From Candidatus Methanomethylophilaceae archaeon (GTDB lineage: Archaea > Thermoplasmatota > Thermoplasmata > Methanomassiliicoccales > Methanomethylophilaceae), in the NCBI GenBank assembly GCA_017468935.1, contig JAFUHJ010000120.1, positions 4,567 to 68,566 on the forward strand: a DNA stretch of 64,000 nt, given 5' to 3'. A program made the translations under genes and the position numbers. Positions 1 to 9,090 of this stretch are shown here, in pieces. The notes under the pieces are model-generated. The model saw only the letters and a program-made list of their open reading frames with translations, made no database searches and was not told the DNA's origin. The first letter of the stretch is position 1. Every line of letters starts with the position of its first letter.

Positions 1-21
1 GAATATGCCAAGGGACAGGGT

Positions 22-573
22 ATGAACACCATTGCCATGGAACCCCTGTACGGGAATATGAAGGGCCTGGTGGACCCGTGGCTCAACAGATACATGTTCG
101 CAGCGTTCATGGTGCTGATGACAGCCAATATCGTGCAATCCATCATGTGGTTCGGAGAGCATCTGGCGGTCCTCGAATTGATCGTGATCTTCTTCGTCCT
201 GATCAACCTCTGCATCGCCGACATATACGTCCTCCACAAGATGCGCGCAATAGATTCCATCCAGATCAGGTTCATGCATTCGTTCTGCGATTCGTTCCTG
301 AGTGAACAGCCCGTACTGGAGGACATGGTCACGGGAATTGAGATGCGCAGTCTGTGGCCCCATGTGCTCCTGATGACGATCAGTATTGGGACCTATTCGC
401 TGTTATTCTCCATGTGGTGCACGCACGTGATGAACGTCCATATCAAAGAACAATGGCGCTATGAGGAAAAGGTCATCAGATGGATGATGGCCAGACACGA
501 TCTGGATTCCATCACGGTCAGAGAGTACCCGTTCAAGCCCAGCCTGTTCTATACAATATATCGTATAATCTGA
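22..573 (+). CDS. hypothetical multi-pass membrane protein
   Basis: 183-aa ORF with long hydrophobic segments (FAAFMVLMTANIVQSIMWF, LELIVIFFVLINLCIADIYVL, VLLMTISIGTYSLLFSMW). No family recognised. Its last 171 nt overlap the convergent dinB ORF. Confidence 0.5.
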   Translation: MNTIAMEPLYGNMKGLVDPWLNRYMFAAFMVLMTANIVQSIMWFGEHLAVLELIVIFFVLINLCIADIYVLHKMRAIDSIQIRFMHSFCDSFLSEQPVLEDMVTGIEMRSLWPHVLLMTISIGTYSLLFSMWCTHVMNVHIKEQWRYEEKVIRWMMARHDLDSITVREYPFKPSLFYTIYRII

Positions 574-1785
574 CCCTCGCTGGCCCCTGTGGGTGCGCAT
601 GTGTTCGGCTAAGGAATGCAGGTTGTCCCATCCGATGTCCCCGCCCTTCACTAGATCCATCTTATAGCGCTTGCTCAGGACCTCAAAGGCCTTGTCCAAT
701 TCCGTGTCGCTGTCCTTACCGCCTGCCATCTGATCCAAGGTCATCTGCTTGGCCCTTGCCGGCGTTACGTTGTAGACACCTACTCCAATAAGTCTGATCG
801 GTCTTGTGGAGACCTCTTCCAGCATGGATACTGCCTCCCTGTGGACCGTTAGGGGATCGTCACAATACTTGACCACCTTGGACCTGGTCACTCCTTTCAT
901 ATCCGAATAGGTGACCTTCAGACTCACACCGTTACCGCACAGCCCGTACGATCTGGCCCTGTTTACCACGCTGACCGACAGAAGGAGCAGGACATCGGCC
1001 AGGAGCCAGAAATCGAAGACATCCTCCTGGAATGTCAGTTCCCTGCTGATGGATTTTGCATCCTCCGGCCTGTATGCGACGACCCTGCTGTCATCATGAC
1101 CGTATGCGAGGTCCACGATCATCTGCCCATGCTTACCCAGCATGCTGATGACATCCGAACTGTTCTCGCGGATATCCCTCATCGTATGGATCCCGGCCGC
1201 GTGAAGCTTCTCGGCAGTCTTGACCCCTACCGTATAGATGTCTCTGACATCCCGATCCATCATCAGGTTGACGAAATCCTCAGCTGTGAGGATCTCGAAA
1301 TAACCGTTGGGTTTGTTCTCCTCGCTGGCGGTCTTCGCAGCTATCTTGGAATAGGCCAATCCAACGGAACAGCTGAGACCGGTCTCGTCCAAGACCCTCT
1401 TCTTGATCTCGTGGGCGAATCCCCTCGCCCTGTCGAATGTCCCTGCGGTCTCGGTGACATCCAGATACGCCTCGTCGAGAGCGATCGCCTCCATCGCACC
1501 AGCATACTCCTCCCAGATGGCATGGATCTGATCCGAGACCGCATGGTACTTCCGGAAATCCGGTGTAAGGAACACCCCGTCAGGGCAAAGCCTGTAGGCC
1601 TCCTTGATGTTCATCGCAGAATGGACGCCGTACTTCCTGGCCTCGTAATTGCAGGTGGATACGACGCCTCTCGTGTCCGGAGGAGCACCGATTATGACGG
1701 GCTTACCGATGAGACTGGGATCGTCCCTCATCTCTACCGAGGCGTAGAACGCATCCATGTCGACGTGAATGATGATCTGTTCCAA
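403..1785 (-). CDS. dinB: Y-family DNA polymerase IV (DinB/Dpo4-like)
   Basis: N-terminus MEQIIIHVDMDAFYASVEMRDDP... and SCSVGLAYSKIAAKTAS are Y-family signatures. TTG start is required because the next ATG lies inside the conserved DMDAF motif. A ~100-aa C-terminal tail has no recognisable similarity. Confidence 0.88.
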   Translation of the reverse strand: MEQIIIHVDMDAFYASVEMRDDPSLIGKPVIIGAPPDTRGVVSTCNYEARKYGVHSAMNIKEAYRLCPDGVFLTPDFRKYHAVSDQIHAIWEEYAGAMEAIALDEAYLDVTETAGTFDRARGFAHEIKKRVLDETGLSCSVGLAYSKIAAKTASEENKPNGYFEILTAEDFVNLMMDRDVRDIYTVGVKTAEKLHAAGIHTMRDIRENSSDVISMLGKHGQMIVDLAYGHDDSRVVAYRPEDAKSISRELTFQEDVFDFWLLADVLLLLSVSVVNRARSYGLCGNGVSLKVTYSDMKGVTRSKVVKYCDDPLTVHREAVSMLEEVSTRPIRLIGVGVYNVTPARAKQMTLDQMAGGKDSDTELDKAFEVLSKRYKMDLVKGGDIGWDNLHSLAEHMRTHRGQRGSDYTIYCIEQAGLERVLSDRDGIQIVSGHHPSDDLFLIAPLFFDMDVHHVRAPHGE

Positions 1786-1926
1786 ACCTGTGCCTCCTCA
1801 GCCCGCTGTCCGCGACAGAGAAGGGAATGCATCCCATGTATTTGTATGCACGAACGACACGCTACCGCTGTTTGCACAAAACTTTCGACATCAATCGAAC
1901 ATTATAAAGGAACGCTCCTTATTCAG

Positions 1927-2895
1927 ATGGATATGAAGATCTACGATGCCTACAGGTTAGGCATAGAAGCAGGAATGGCAAGGGACCTTCGCCACAGGTC
2001 GGAAGTCCAGAGGATCCTGGCGGATGCCAAGGAACGGTTCGAGTCTCTACCGGAGGATCAAAGGGAACTGTTCGATATGGAGGATCTCTGGAACCCGTAT
2101 GCAGATTCCAGGTTCTCTGTCGGTTTGGAGGAGGCGATGAAGCAGGATGCTGTCCGCTTCATGTGGGGTATCGACATCTCCTCTGCCGAGATCCTTCTGG
2201 CAGACAGGCTCAGGGAGAAGGGCGAGAGGATCGATGCTGTAGTCGCCCATCACCCTCTTGGATCCTCGAAGACACGCTTCCCCGAGGTCATGATGCAGAT
2301 GACCGCCATGTTCGAGAACATGGGTGTCAAGAAGGACAAGGCATACGAGCTTGTCAAGAACAGGATGGACGAGGTGTTGAGAGGCATGCAAGGCTACAAC
2401 TACAATCAGGCCGCCGATGCCGCACGCATGCTGGACATCCCCCTCTTCAACATCCATGCACCTGCGGACAACATGGTAGAGGAATTCATGGTCAACAAGA
2501 TGAAGGAGGATGGACCCGAGACCCTGCAGGACATCATAGACTCGCTGATGAAAGAACCCGAACAGAGGGCAGCGGCGAAGTGCAACAGTCCGCCCATAAT
2601 CCTCTCTGGCGATCCTTCCGACGAATGCGGGAAGATCATGGTCAAGATGAACGGGGGCACCTCGTTCTCCAAGGAGACCTATGCGGCACTTGCCGAAGCG
2701 GGAGTGAGGACGATCGTTGCCATGCACTATCCCGACAGCCATTACGAGGCGGCCAAGGAAGCAGGGATCAATCTTGTCATATCAGGCCACATGTGCTCCG
2801 ATTCCATCGGGGTCAACCTTATCTGCGACCTCTGGGAAAGGGAAGGCATCGAGGTCATCCCGTGCTCAGGATTCACCCGTTACAGCAGAAACTGA
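1927..2895 (+). CDS. NIF3 (NGG1p-interacting factor 3)/DUF34 family metal-binding protein
   Basis: MDMKIYDAY..., IDAVVAHHPLG and the C-terminal VISGHMCSDSIG motif are typical of NIF3/YbgI. The ORF-track start at 1096 is an antisense shadow of dinB. ATG at 1927 chosen. Confidence 0.75.
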   Translation: MDMKIYDAYRLGIEAGMARDLRHRSEVQRILADAKERFESLPEDQRELFDMEDLWNPYADSRFSVGLEEAMKQDAVRFMWGIDISSAEILLADRLREKGERIDAVVAHHPLGSSKTRFPEVMMQMTAMFENMGVKKDKAYELVKNRMDEVLRGMQGYNYNQAADAARMLDIPLFNIHAPADNMVEEFMVNKMKEDGPETLQDIIDSLMKEPEQRAAAKCNSPPIILSGDPSDECGKIMVKMNGGTSFSKETYAALAEAGVRTIVAMHYPDSHYEAAKEAGINLVISGHMCSDSIGVNLICDLWEREGIEVIPCSGFTRYSRN

Positions 2896-2899
2896 TACG

Positions 2900-3922
2900 A
2901 TGGTCTGGAATATCGGTCCGATAAAGGTGGATGGCCCGGTCGTTCTGGGGCCGATGTCGGGTTACACCTCCAGGGGTTACCGCGACTTCATGAAACCGTT
3001 CGGAGTGGCCGTATCCGTGACGGAGATGACGTCTGCCGTGGGAATCAAAAATGCTGATTTCAAGACGGTGGATTACGTCTCATTCGACAGGAACTATCCC
3101 ACCGGGCTGCAGCTGTTCGGCCATTCGGCCGAAGATATATCGGAAGCCGCGACGAAGGCCCTGGCATCCAATCCGAACATAGACTTCTTCGACATTAACA
3201 TGGGTTGTCCGGTACACAAGATACTGAGGAGCGGCGCAGGTTCGGTACTGATGAAGGACCCGGAGCTTTGCGAGAGGATCGTCTCCATGGTCAAGGAGAA
3301 CACCGGACTGCCTGTGACCGCAAAGATCCGTCTAGGGTCGGACAGGAACCACATGAACTACATGGACGTCATCGAACACCTTCAGTCGGCTGGGGTTGAT
3401 GCCATAACGGTACATGCAAGGACCAAGGACCAGGGGTACAGCGGATATCCGGATTTCGAGGAGGTAAGGGACCTCCGCGACAGGATGGATGTGCCTCTCA
3501 TTATCTCAGGGAACATCTACTCCCTGGACAACGCGATCGATGCCATGGACATAACCGGAGCTGATGCGGTCATGGTGGCCCGCGGAGGTGTCGGGAATCC
3601 GTTCCTTGTCACCCAGATAGATGAGTACTACAGGTCCGGGGAGAGGCTTCCTAATCCGACCGTGCATCAGCAGATAGAATGGTGCATCCAGCTGGCGGAC
3701 ATGCTCATCGATGAGAAAGGGGAGGAATGCGCCGTGAGGAAGCTTCGCAGTATAGCCCCTAAATTCGTCTCCGGATGCCACAGGTGCCGCGAGTACAGAC
3801 TCCGTCTTGCGACCGAGACCGATGACAGGCAAAGCATGGTCGGGATCCTCGAGGAGATCGACGCCAGGATGGGCCTGGAGCAGATCAACACGGATGGCAG
3901 AAGGACCTATTACAACATCTGA
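2900..3922 (+). CDS. dus: tRNA-dihydrouridine synthase
   Basis: VVLGPMSGYTSRGYRDF, FFDINMGCPVHKILRSGAGSVLM, PVTAKIRLG and ITVHARTKDQGYSG are Dus TIM-barrel/FMN motifs. ATG at 2900 sits 5 nt after the NIF3 stop. Confidence 0.9.
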   Translation: MVWNIGPIKVDGPVVLGPMSGYTSRGYRDFMKPFGVAVSVTEMTSAVGIKNADFKTVDYVSFDRNYPTGLQLFGHSAEDISEAATKALASNPNIDFFDINMGCPVHKILRSGAGSVLMKDPELCERIVSMVKENTGLPVTAKIRLGSDRNHMNYMDVIEHLQSAGVDAITVHARTKDQGYSGYPDFEEVRDLRDRMDVPLIISGNIYSLDNAIDAMDITGADAVMVARGGVGNPFLVTQIDEYYRSGERLPNPTVHQQIEWCIQLADMLIDEKGEECAVRKLRSIAPKFVSGCHRCREYRLRLATETDDRQSMVGILEEIDARMGLEQINTDGRRTYYNI

Positions 3923-3970
3923 AGGTCGAACCATAAAGTCTAAAAAACCACCCATATGTTATGACATCCG

Positions 3971-4990
3971 ATGTTCCTTCTCGCTAAGAAACCCAGCACG
4001 GTCCAGAAGATAGTCGATATCAACATCCATTGGTCGGGTGACGATCCGTTCACATTCATATCGCACCACCATGACACATATCCCAAAGGGAACGCCCAGA
4101 TGGCACCTCCGCTCGAGACCATCCGCGGCAGGAACCTGGGCAGGGACTATCAGGAGAGGATGGGTTTCAGGATGTACCACGGACGCGTGGTACCCGGATT
4201 CCCCATGCACGCGCACTGGGGATATGAAACGGTAACTATAGCCGAGAAGGGATTCGTGGACCACTTCGATACCGAAGGCAACAACGGAAGGTTCGGTAAC
4301 GGGGACATGCAATGGACATTGGCCTCCAGCAGGTACGAGCACTGCGAGATGTATCCTCTCCTGGACCAGGAGAACGAGAACCCTGTCCATATCACGCAGA
4401 TAGCCATCAACCTCCCCCTTGACAGGAAGAACGGCGACATACACGTCAACAATGTTTGGGCCGAGAGCATCCCCGTCATCTCCACCGAGACATCCGAGGT
4501 GACCCTTTATTGCGGGAGATACGAAGGAAGGGAGATCTACTCTCCCAATCCGTCCTCATGGGCAGCACCCGAGAATTCCGTCAGGATAATGAAGATCGTC
4601 CTCAAACCAGGGGCGATATTCACACTTGATCCTCTGGATGACGGGGTGGACAGGAACCTGTACTACGTATCCGGAAAGGGTGCGACCCTCGAAGGGACCA
4701 AAATAAAGACTTGGCTCAGATACAAGATGAAGCGCTGCACGCCGGTGAACATCGTCAACGGTCCCGAGGAGTCCGAGTTCTGGATCCTGGAAGGAAAGCC
4801 GATAGGCGAGAGGCAGGCAAGCTTCGGACCTGTCATCCTGAAGGATATTGACGAGGTGAGGAGTTCCATGGACGAGATCAGGATCAAGGAGTTCCAGGAA
4901 TGGCCATGGGGAGTCATGGATGTCACCAACCCCATCGATATGGGACGGGAGCTCCACCGCAAGGACGGTTCTGTCGAAAGACCCATGTAA
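3971..4990 (+). CDS. pirin-family bicupin protein
   Basis: GFPMHAHWGYETVTIAEKGFVDHFDTEGNNGRFGNGDMQWTLA resembles the pirin N-terminal cupin metal site (HPHRGFETVTY...GDVQWM). Length ~340 aa. Confidence 0.72.
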   Translation: MFLLAKKPSTVQKIVDINIHWSGDDPFTFISHHHDTYPKGNAQMAPPLETIRGRNLGRDYQERMGFRMYHGRVVPGFPMHAHWGYETVTIAEKGFVDHFDTEGNNGRFGNGDMQWTLASSRYEHCEMYPLLDQENENPVHITQIAINLPLDRKNGDIHVNNVWAESIPVISTETSEVTLYCGRYEGREIYSPNPSSWAAPENSVRIMKIVLKPGAIFTLDPLDDGVDRNLYYVSGKGATLEGTKIKTWLRYKMKRCTPVNIVNGPEESEFWILEGKPIGERQASFGPVILKDIDEVRSSMDEIRIKEFQEWPWGVMDVTNPIDMGRELHRKDGSVERPM

Positions 4991-5010
4991 AATATATTTG
5001 GAAGGCCCAT

Positions 5011-6594
5011 ATGGGGCTCATGAATGGGATAAACAAGACGATCATGGCGGTCGTCTCGTCAATTGCACTCGTGTACTCGGGGCTATGCTTCTTCTTGACG
5101 CTCCACGGGTACATCAGCGGAGAAGGGGACCCTATACACTTCTATGTCTTCTTCCCAACGGATCTCTCCAACATCAACCTGGAGACATTGGGATTCGACA
5201 TCACCGCATGGATGATGTCCACGATACCGGCGCTCTATGACAGCATAGGCGACATCGGACTCTTCCAATGGATGTACGATAAAATCTTTGATCTGATCAC
5301 AGACATCGATTCCAAGATGAAATTCTACAGCGTCATGGTCATGCTCCTCATCGGTTTCATCCTCGCAGCGGCAGGTTTCATCTCCAAACCCGCTTCCGAC
5401 TGTACCGGACAGACCAATCCGGCAGAATATCTCTGGACCCACAGGCCGAATGCGTTCGCCAAGTGCCTTGCTATGCCCTGGGGGATCATCCTCGGAGCCT
5501 GGAACAAGAACAAGGTCCTAGTCATCGTACCGATCCTGCTCCTGCCCCTGTACGCCCCGTGGGCCCTGATGATCACCATCGCGCTGATCATCCCCTTCCT
5601 TCTTGTGAAGCTCGTTATCGGCTCAAAGATAACTTCTGCCGCCAAGAAGGAGAGCATCGAATACCAGAAGAACACGGATTTCGGAGTCTGTCCCCACTGT
5701 AAGATGAGCTTCGAGAGACCGAAGATCAAATGCAAATGCGGACTCATACTGGATTACCCCGTGCCCAACATCTACGGATACACGGTGCACTACTGCAACA
5801 AGGGACACGAGATCCCCTGTACCAGCGGAAAGAGGGCCAACCTCACCACCATCTGCCCCCACTGTGCGAAACAGATCCAGACCAGGGAGGCCCGCCCGAT
5901 CACCATCTCCATGGTAGGAGGAACGAACACGGGAAAGACATCGCTCATGCTCTCCGCCGTGGACACGATCACCCGCTGCGCCAGGACGGTGGATGTCACT
6001 GTGGACAGCCCCTCATCGGGACTGTCGAAGGAGGCCATCGCCGCCAAAGACTATGCTCCGAGGACCGTTCCCGGTGAGACCGAATCTCAGATCCTGTTCC
6101 TCAGGTCAATGAAACTCCAGGACAGGGAAATAGTCTTCAACGACGTGTCCGGAGTGGAATTCCAGCCTGCCGTGGACAAGGTGCTCTTCGAAGAGTACTA
6201 CAACTACACCGACGGGTTCATCTTCACCTTCGATCCGCTCGCGTTCAACAGAGAGTACCTCAGGGAGACGCCTCACGAGGTGTTCGAGAGCTTCCACTAC
6301 ATGTACACCACCATCAGGGGGATCGGACCATCTGCAAAGACCGATGTACCTTTCGCCGTCGTCGCCACGAAGAACGACCTAATGAACCTCAAGCTCAAGG
6401 ATGAGGACGTCAGGCAGTACCTTGTGGATAACGGCGAGGAGAACTTCGTCGCCGTGGTGGAATCGCTGTTCAGCGAAGTGAGATACTTCGCCGTAACCGC
6501 ACACGGATCGGACTGCGGATCGTCGATGAGACCTGTATGGTGGATCGTCGAGCACGTTGACAGGAAACTGACGGAACTCATACCTTCCGCATAA
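5011..6594 (+). CDS. membrane-anchored zinc-ribbon P-loop GTPase (uncharacterised family)
   Basis: N-terminal ~240 aa have about five hydrophobic helices. CxxC pairs follow (CPHCKMSF..CKCG; ICPHCAKQI). Then GTPase motifs: G1 GGTNTGKTS, G3 DVSG, G4 TKND. A TATA-like AAAATATATTT at 4989-4999 makes the ATG at 5011 or 5020 possibly leaderless. Confidence 0.7.
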   Translation: MGLMNGINKTIMAVVSSIALVYSGLCFFLTLHGYISGEGDPIHFYVFFPTDLSNINLETLGFDITAWMMSTIPALYDSIGDIGLFQWMYDKIFDLITDIDSKMKFYSVMVMLLIGFILAAAGFISKPASDCTGQTNPAEYLWTHRPNAFAKCLAMPWGIILGAWNKNKVLVIVPILLLPLYAPWALMITIALIIPFLLVKLVIGSKITSAAKKESIEYQKNTDFGVCPHCKMSFERPKIKCKCGLILDYPVPNIYGYTVHYCNKGHEIPCTSGKRANLTTICPHCAKQIQTREARPITISMVGGTNTGKTSLMLSAVDTITRCARTVDVTVDSPSSGLSKEAIAAKDYAPRTVPGETESQILFLRSMKLQDREIVFNDVSGVEFQPAVDKVLFEEYYNYTDGFIFTFDPLAFNREYLRETPHEVFESFHYMYTTIRGIGPSAKTDVPFAVVATKNDLMNLKLKDEDVRQYLVDNGEENFVAVVESLFSEVRYFAVTAHGSDCGSSMRPVWWIVEHVDRKLTELIPSA

Positions 6595-6619
6595 ATATGA
6601 GAAGACGGTTGGTACGGCT

Positions 6620-6901
6620 ATGGTCAAATCAGTCAACGCATCTCACATCCTGGTGTCCAACGCTAGGGATGCCGAAGGTATCATGATCCGCCTCTCCAAA
6701 GGAGAGGAATTCGCACAGCTCGCAAAGAGGTTCTCCAAGTGCCCCAGCAAATCTAAGGGCGGTAACCTCGGATGGTTCAGCAAGGGCGAGATGGTCCCCG
6801 AGTTCGAGAAAGCATGCTTCGAAGGACAGAAAGGACAGATCGTCGGACCCGTGAAGACGGAGTTCGGATACCATATAATAATGATCAACGATCAGAAATG
6901 A
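6620..6901 (+). CDS. parvulin-type peptidyl-prolyl cis-trans isomerase (PpiC/PinA-like)
   Basis: 93 aa. ASHILV...FAQLAKRFSKCPSKSKGGNLGWFSKGEMVPEFEKA...GPVKTEFGYHII is a single-domain parvulin signature. Confidence 0.92.
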   Translation: MVKSVNASHILVSNARDAEGIMIRLSKGEEFAQLAKRFSKCPSKSKGGNLGWFSKGEMVPEFEKACFEGQKGQIVGPVKTEFGYHIIMINDQK

Positions 6902-6910
6902 ACCTTCTTA

Positions 6911-6929
6911 CCGGCCCATTGTGGGCCGG
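6911..6929 (+). terminator. hairpin CCGGCCCA-TTG-TGGGCCGG after the parvulin gene
   Basis: Perfect 8-bp GC-rich stem, 10 nt after the stop. Confidence 0.55.
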
Positions 6930-7398
6930 ATCCAAACCCATTTCCTTGATTCTTTTGTAATGCAAATACGTCTGGGGGCTCTATCCCCATCATCTGAAGT
7001 ATAAAAAGAATTGAAGACATATTACCGTAGCCCCACCTCTGTGGATTATAATCTGCATCAGGCCCTATAGAAAAGTGGCAGTATTGTGGGTCGGTCTGGA
7101 AAAATGCAAGGACTCAAGAGTCGGCCTGATTGCCTCTGGCAACAGGGTCACGAGGGCCCTGATGATCCCCTGAAAAACCGGGGTACCATTCACTCATCTT
7201 CGGCATATACGAATCTATACCTGTCCGCCCTGTGGTCGATGCATGGTTTCAACACGCACATGAGAGGGCAATGGTCATACGAGGCCAAGATCCTGGCTGG
7301 ATGTCAGAAAAAAAGGGTGCTGTGAAGCTCGAGAGGGCCCATGAGAAGGAGAGCAATGCGATCGAGCATCTGAGACGTGTTGTCTTACCATCCACCCA

Positions 7399-7767
7399 TC
7401 AATATGTCGACGTACTGGCCTCTTTTATCTTCCAGGACTCCCCGATCCTGACGGCGACCATATCCATGCGGAGTCTCCATTCATGTCTCCCTCCGCCGTA
7501 TACGGCGGCGGTGACCCTGGAATAGCCGATGATCTTCGCACGATCCCCGCTGAGTTCGACATCGAATCTATCGGTGATGACCTTGTAATAGTTCAATGTC
7601 CCGTCCAGGACCGACGATACGAAACTCTCCGGGGTTTGGACCATCCCGGTCATGTGGATCATGGCCGCGTCTTCCGTCATGCATGACAGTATGGCCTCGC
7701 CATCCTTTTCCAGCATTCCGGTGTAGAGCTTCTCATAAAGGGCCTTCAACTGCACCTCTTCATCCAT
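7399..7767 (-). CDS. NTF2-like / SnoaL-like (DUF4440-type) small protein
   Basis: 122 aa with the pattern typical of SnoaL/DUF4440 cone-fold proteins (LYEKLYTGMLEKDGEAILSCMTEDAAMIHMTG...WRLRMDMVAVRIGESWKI). Confidence 0.6.
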   Translation of the reverse strand: MDEEVQLKALYEKLYTGMLEKDGEAILSCMTEDAAMIHMTGMVQTPESFVSSVLDGTLNYYKVITDRFDVELSGDRAKIIGYSRVTAAVYGGGRHEWRLRMDMVAVRIGESWKIKEASTSTY

Positions 7768-7771
7768 GCAT

Positions 7772-8326
7772 TCACTCCTTGCTTGGAGGGAATCTCTCCC
7801 CGTCCAGGGTCTTGATGGGTCTGGCCGGGGACCCTACGACCACCTCGTAGTCAGCAACATCGTGAGTGACCACTGAGGCCGCACCTACCACTGCGTATCT
7901 TCCTATGGTGACACCAGGCAATATGGTCGCATTGGCGCCGATCCAGGCACCCTCTTTGATGGTCACAGGCTTGCACAGCAGGAGATTCCTATTGTAGAGA
8001 TCGTGATTGTTGGACAGCACAGATACATTGGCGGCCACCATCACATTGTCCTCTATGGTGATCCCTCCGCGACACATGCCCAAGAAGTTGCCACCGATGT
8101 ACACGTTGTTGCCTATCCTCAGATTCTGGGAGGCTACCAGGTTGAATGGAGGGGTGAATCTCGTCCCTGTTCCGATACGGTCCTCCATGAGCTCCTTGAT
8201 GAGTGCGGAGTTCTCTTCCGTTAGAGGCATGGTGTTGTTGATCCTGTAGATCAACTGTGTCTCGCGGACGGCCTCTTTTATCCCATCTTCGATGACCTCG
8301 TTCATATCTACAACGAATTCTTCCAT
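7772..8326 (-). CDS. sugar O-acetyltransferase (maltose/galactoside acetyltransferase-like, left-handed beta-helix)
   Basis: Mac-type N-terminal region followed by hexapeptide repeats (IGNNVYIGGNF, ITIEDNVMVAANVSV, GAWIGANATILPGVTIGRYAVVGAASVV). Confidence 0.85.
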   Translation of the reverse strand: MEEFVVDMNEVIEDGIKEAVRETQLIYRINNTMPLTEENSALIKELMEDRIGTGTRFTPPFNLVASQNLRIGNNVYIGGNFLGMCRGGITIEDNVMVAANVSVLSNNHDLYNRNLLLCKPVTIKEGAWIGANATILPGVTIGRYAVVGAASVVTHDVADYEVVVGSPARPIKTLDGERFPPSKE

Positions 8327-8357
8327 AGTCTCACCTTCGGATGATCATCGTGTACGA

Positions 8358-8885
8358 TCACTCGACGCATCCCTTGGCCCACTTGGAGACCTTTGCAGAG
8401 GAACCTGCGGCGGAACTTCCTTCGATAGCCAGATCGGAATCGACTGATGCTCCTTTGCAAGCATTCCTGAGATCGCGTACAGAGGATCCGAGGCCGCTAC
8501 CCTCATGGGTCATTACGGGGAAAACCTTCTTTCCAGTCCAGTCGATCTTCTCGATCTGTGAGAACACGGCCATGGGATAAGTGCCCCACCAGCAAGGTCC
8601 GCAGATGAAGACGTTATCGTACCCGTCGATACTGTCCAGATACCTCTTCAATTCTGGCCTGGCCTTGTTCGACAGCTCGTCCTTGGCCTCTCTGGTGCAC
8701 TCCATATAATCCTTGGAGTACTCCCTTACGGTCTCTATCTCGAAGAGATCCCCTCCAACAGCCTCGGAGATATATTCCGCCACATACTCGGTGTTCCCTT
8801 TAGGGACGCTACGGATGTCTCCGCCGAAGTAGTTCTCTCCTTTGCGCGAGTAATAGATGATCAAATTCTTTGACATGCTTTTCAC
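8358..8885 (-). CDS. flavodoxin-family protein
   Basis: NLIIYYSRKGENY... and FICGPCWWGTYPMAV are typical of the flavodoxin_4-like family. An AT-rich promoter region lies upstream at 8886-9030. Confidence 0.8.
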   Translation of the reverse strand: MKSMSKNLIIYYSRKGENYFGGDIRSVPKGNTEYVAEYISEAVGGDLFEIETVREYSKDYMECTREAKDELSNKARPELKRYLDSIDGYDNVFICGPCWWGTYPMAVFSQIEKIDWTGKKVFPVMTHEGSGLGSSVRDLRNACKGASVDSDLAIEGSSAAGSSAKVSKWAKGCVE

Positions 8886-9059
8886 TGAAACTTGAAAAAC
8901 CAGATACTTATTAAGTATTTTTATATAAATATTCTATTATTGATTTAATTTTTTAATTGGATATAATAATCATTCTATTGATTGCTAAATACCAATTGGT
9001 ATAGGGCCCTTGATGGCTGATCGATGAATGGATGTAAAAATTAAGAATACAAGAAGGAT

Positions 9060-9077
9060 GACCGGCCGAGGCCGGTC
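9060..9077 (-). terminator. hairpin GACCGGC-CGAG-GCCGGTC downstream of the DUF308 gene
   Basis: 7-bp GC stem, 14 nt after the minus-strand stop at 9091. Confidence 0.5.
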
Positions 9078-9090
9078 GTGGTTGAAACGT

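Noticed and set aside
1096-1926. Long N-terminal extension of the NIF3 ORF (the ORF track gives 599 aa starting at 1096).
   Set aside because: The extension is antisense to the well-supported dinB gene and has no NIF3 similarity. NIF3 homology begins at the ATG at 1927. It is treated as a shadow ORF.
7159-7173. C/D-box-like CTGATGA ... CTGA.
   Set aside because: The boxes are only 4 nt apart, there are no C'/D' partners and no terminal stem. The geometry is incompatible with a C/D sRNA.
7086-7525. 79-aa and 97-aa plus-strand ORFs in the 6902-7398 gap.
   Set aside because: They have non-ATG or weak starts and no motifs. The second runs antisense into the NTF2-like gene. Evidence is insufficient to call them genes.
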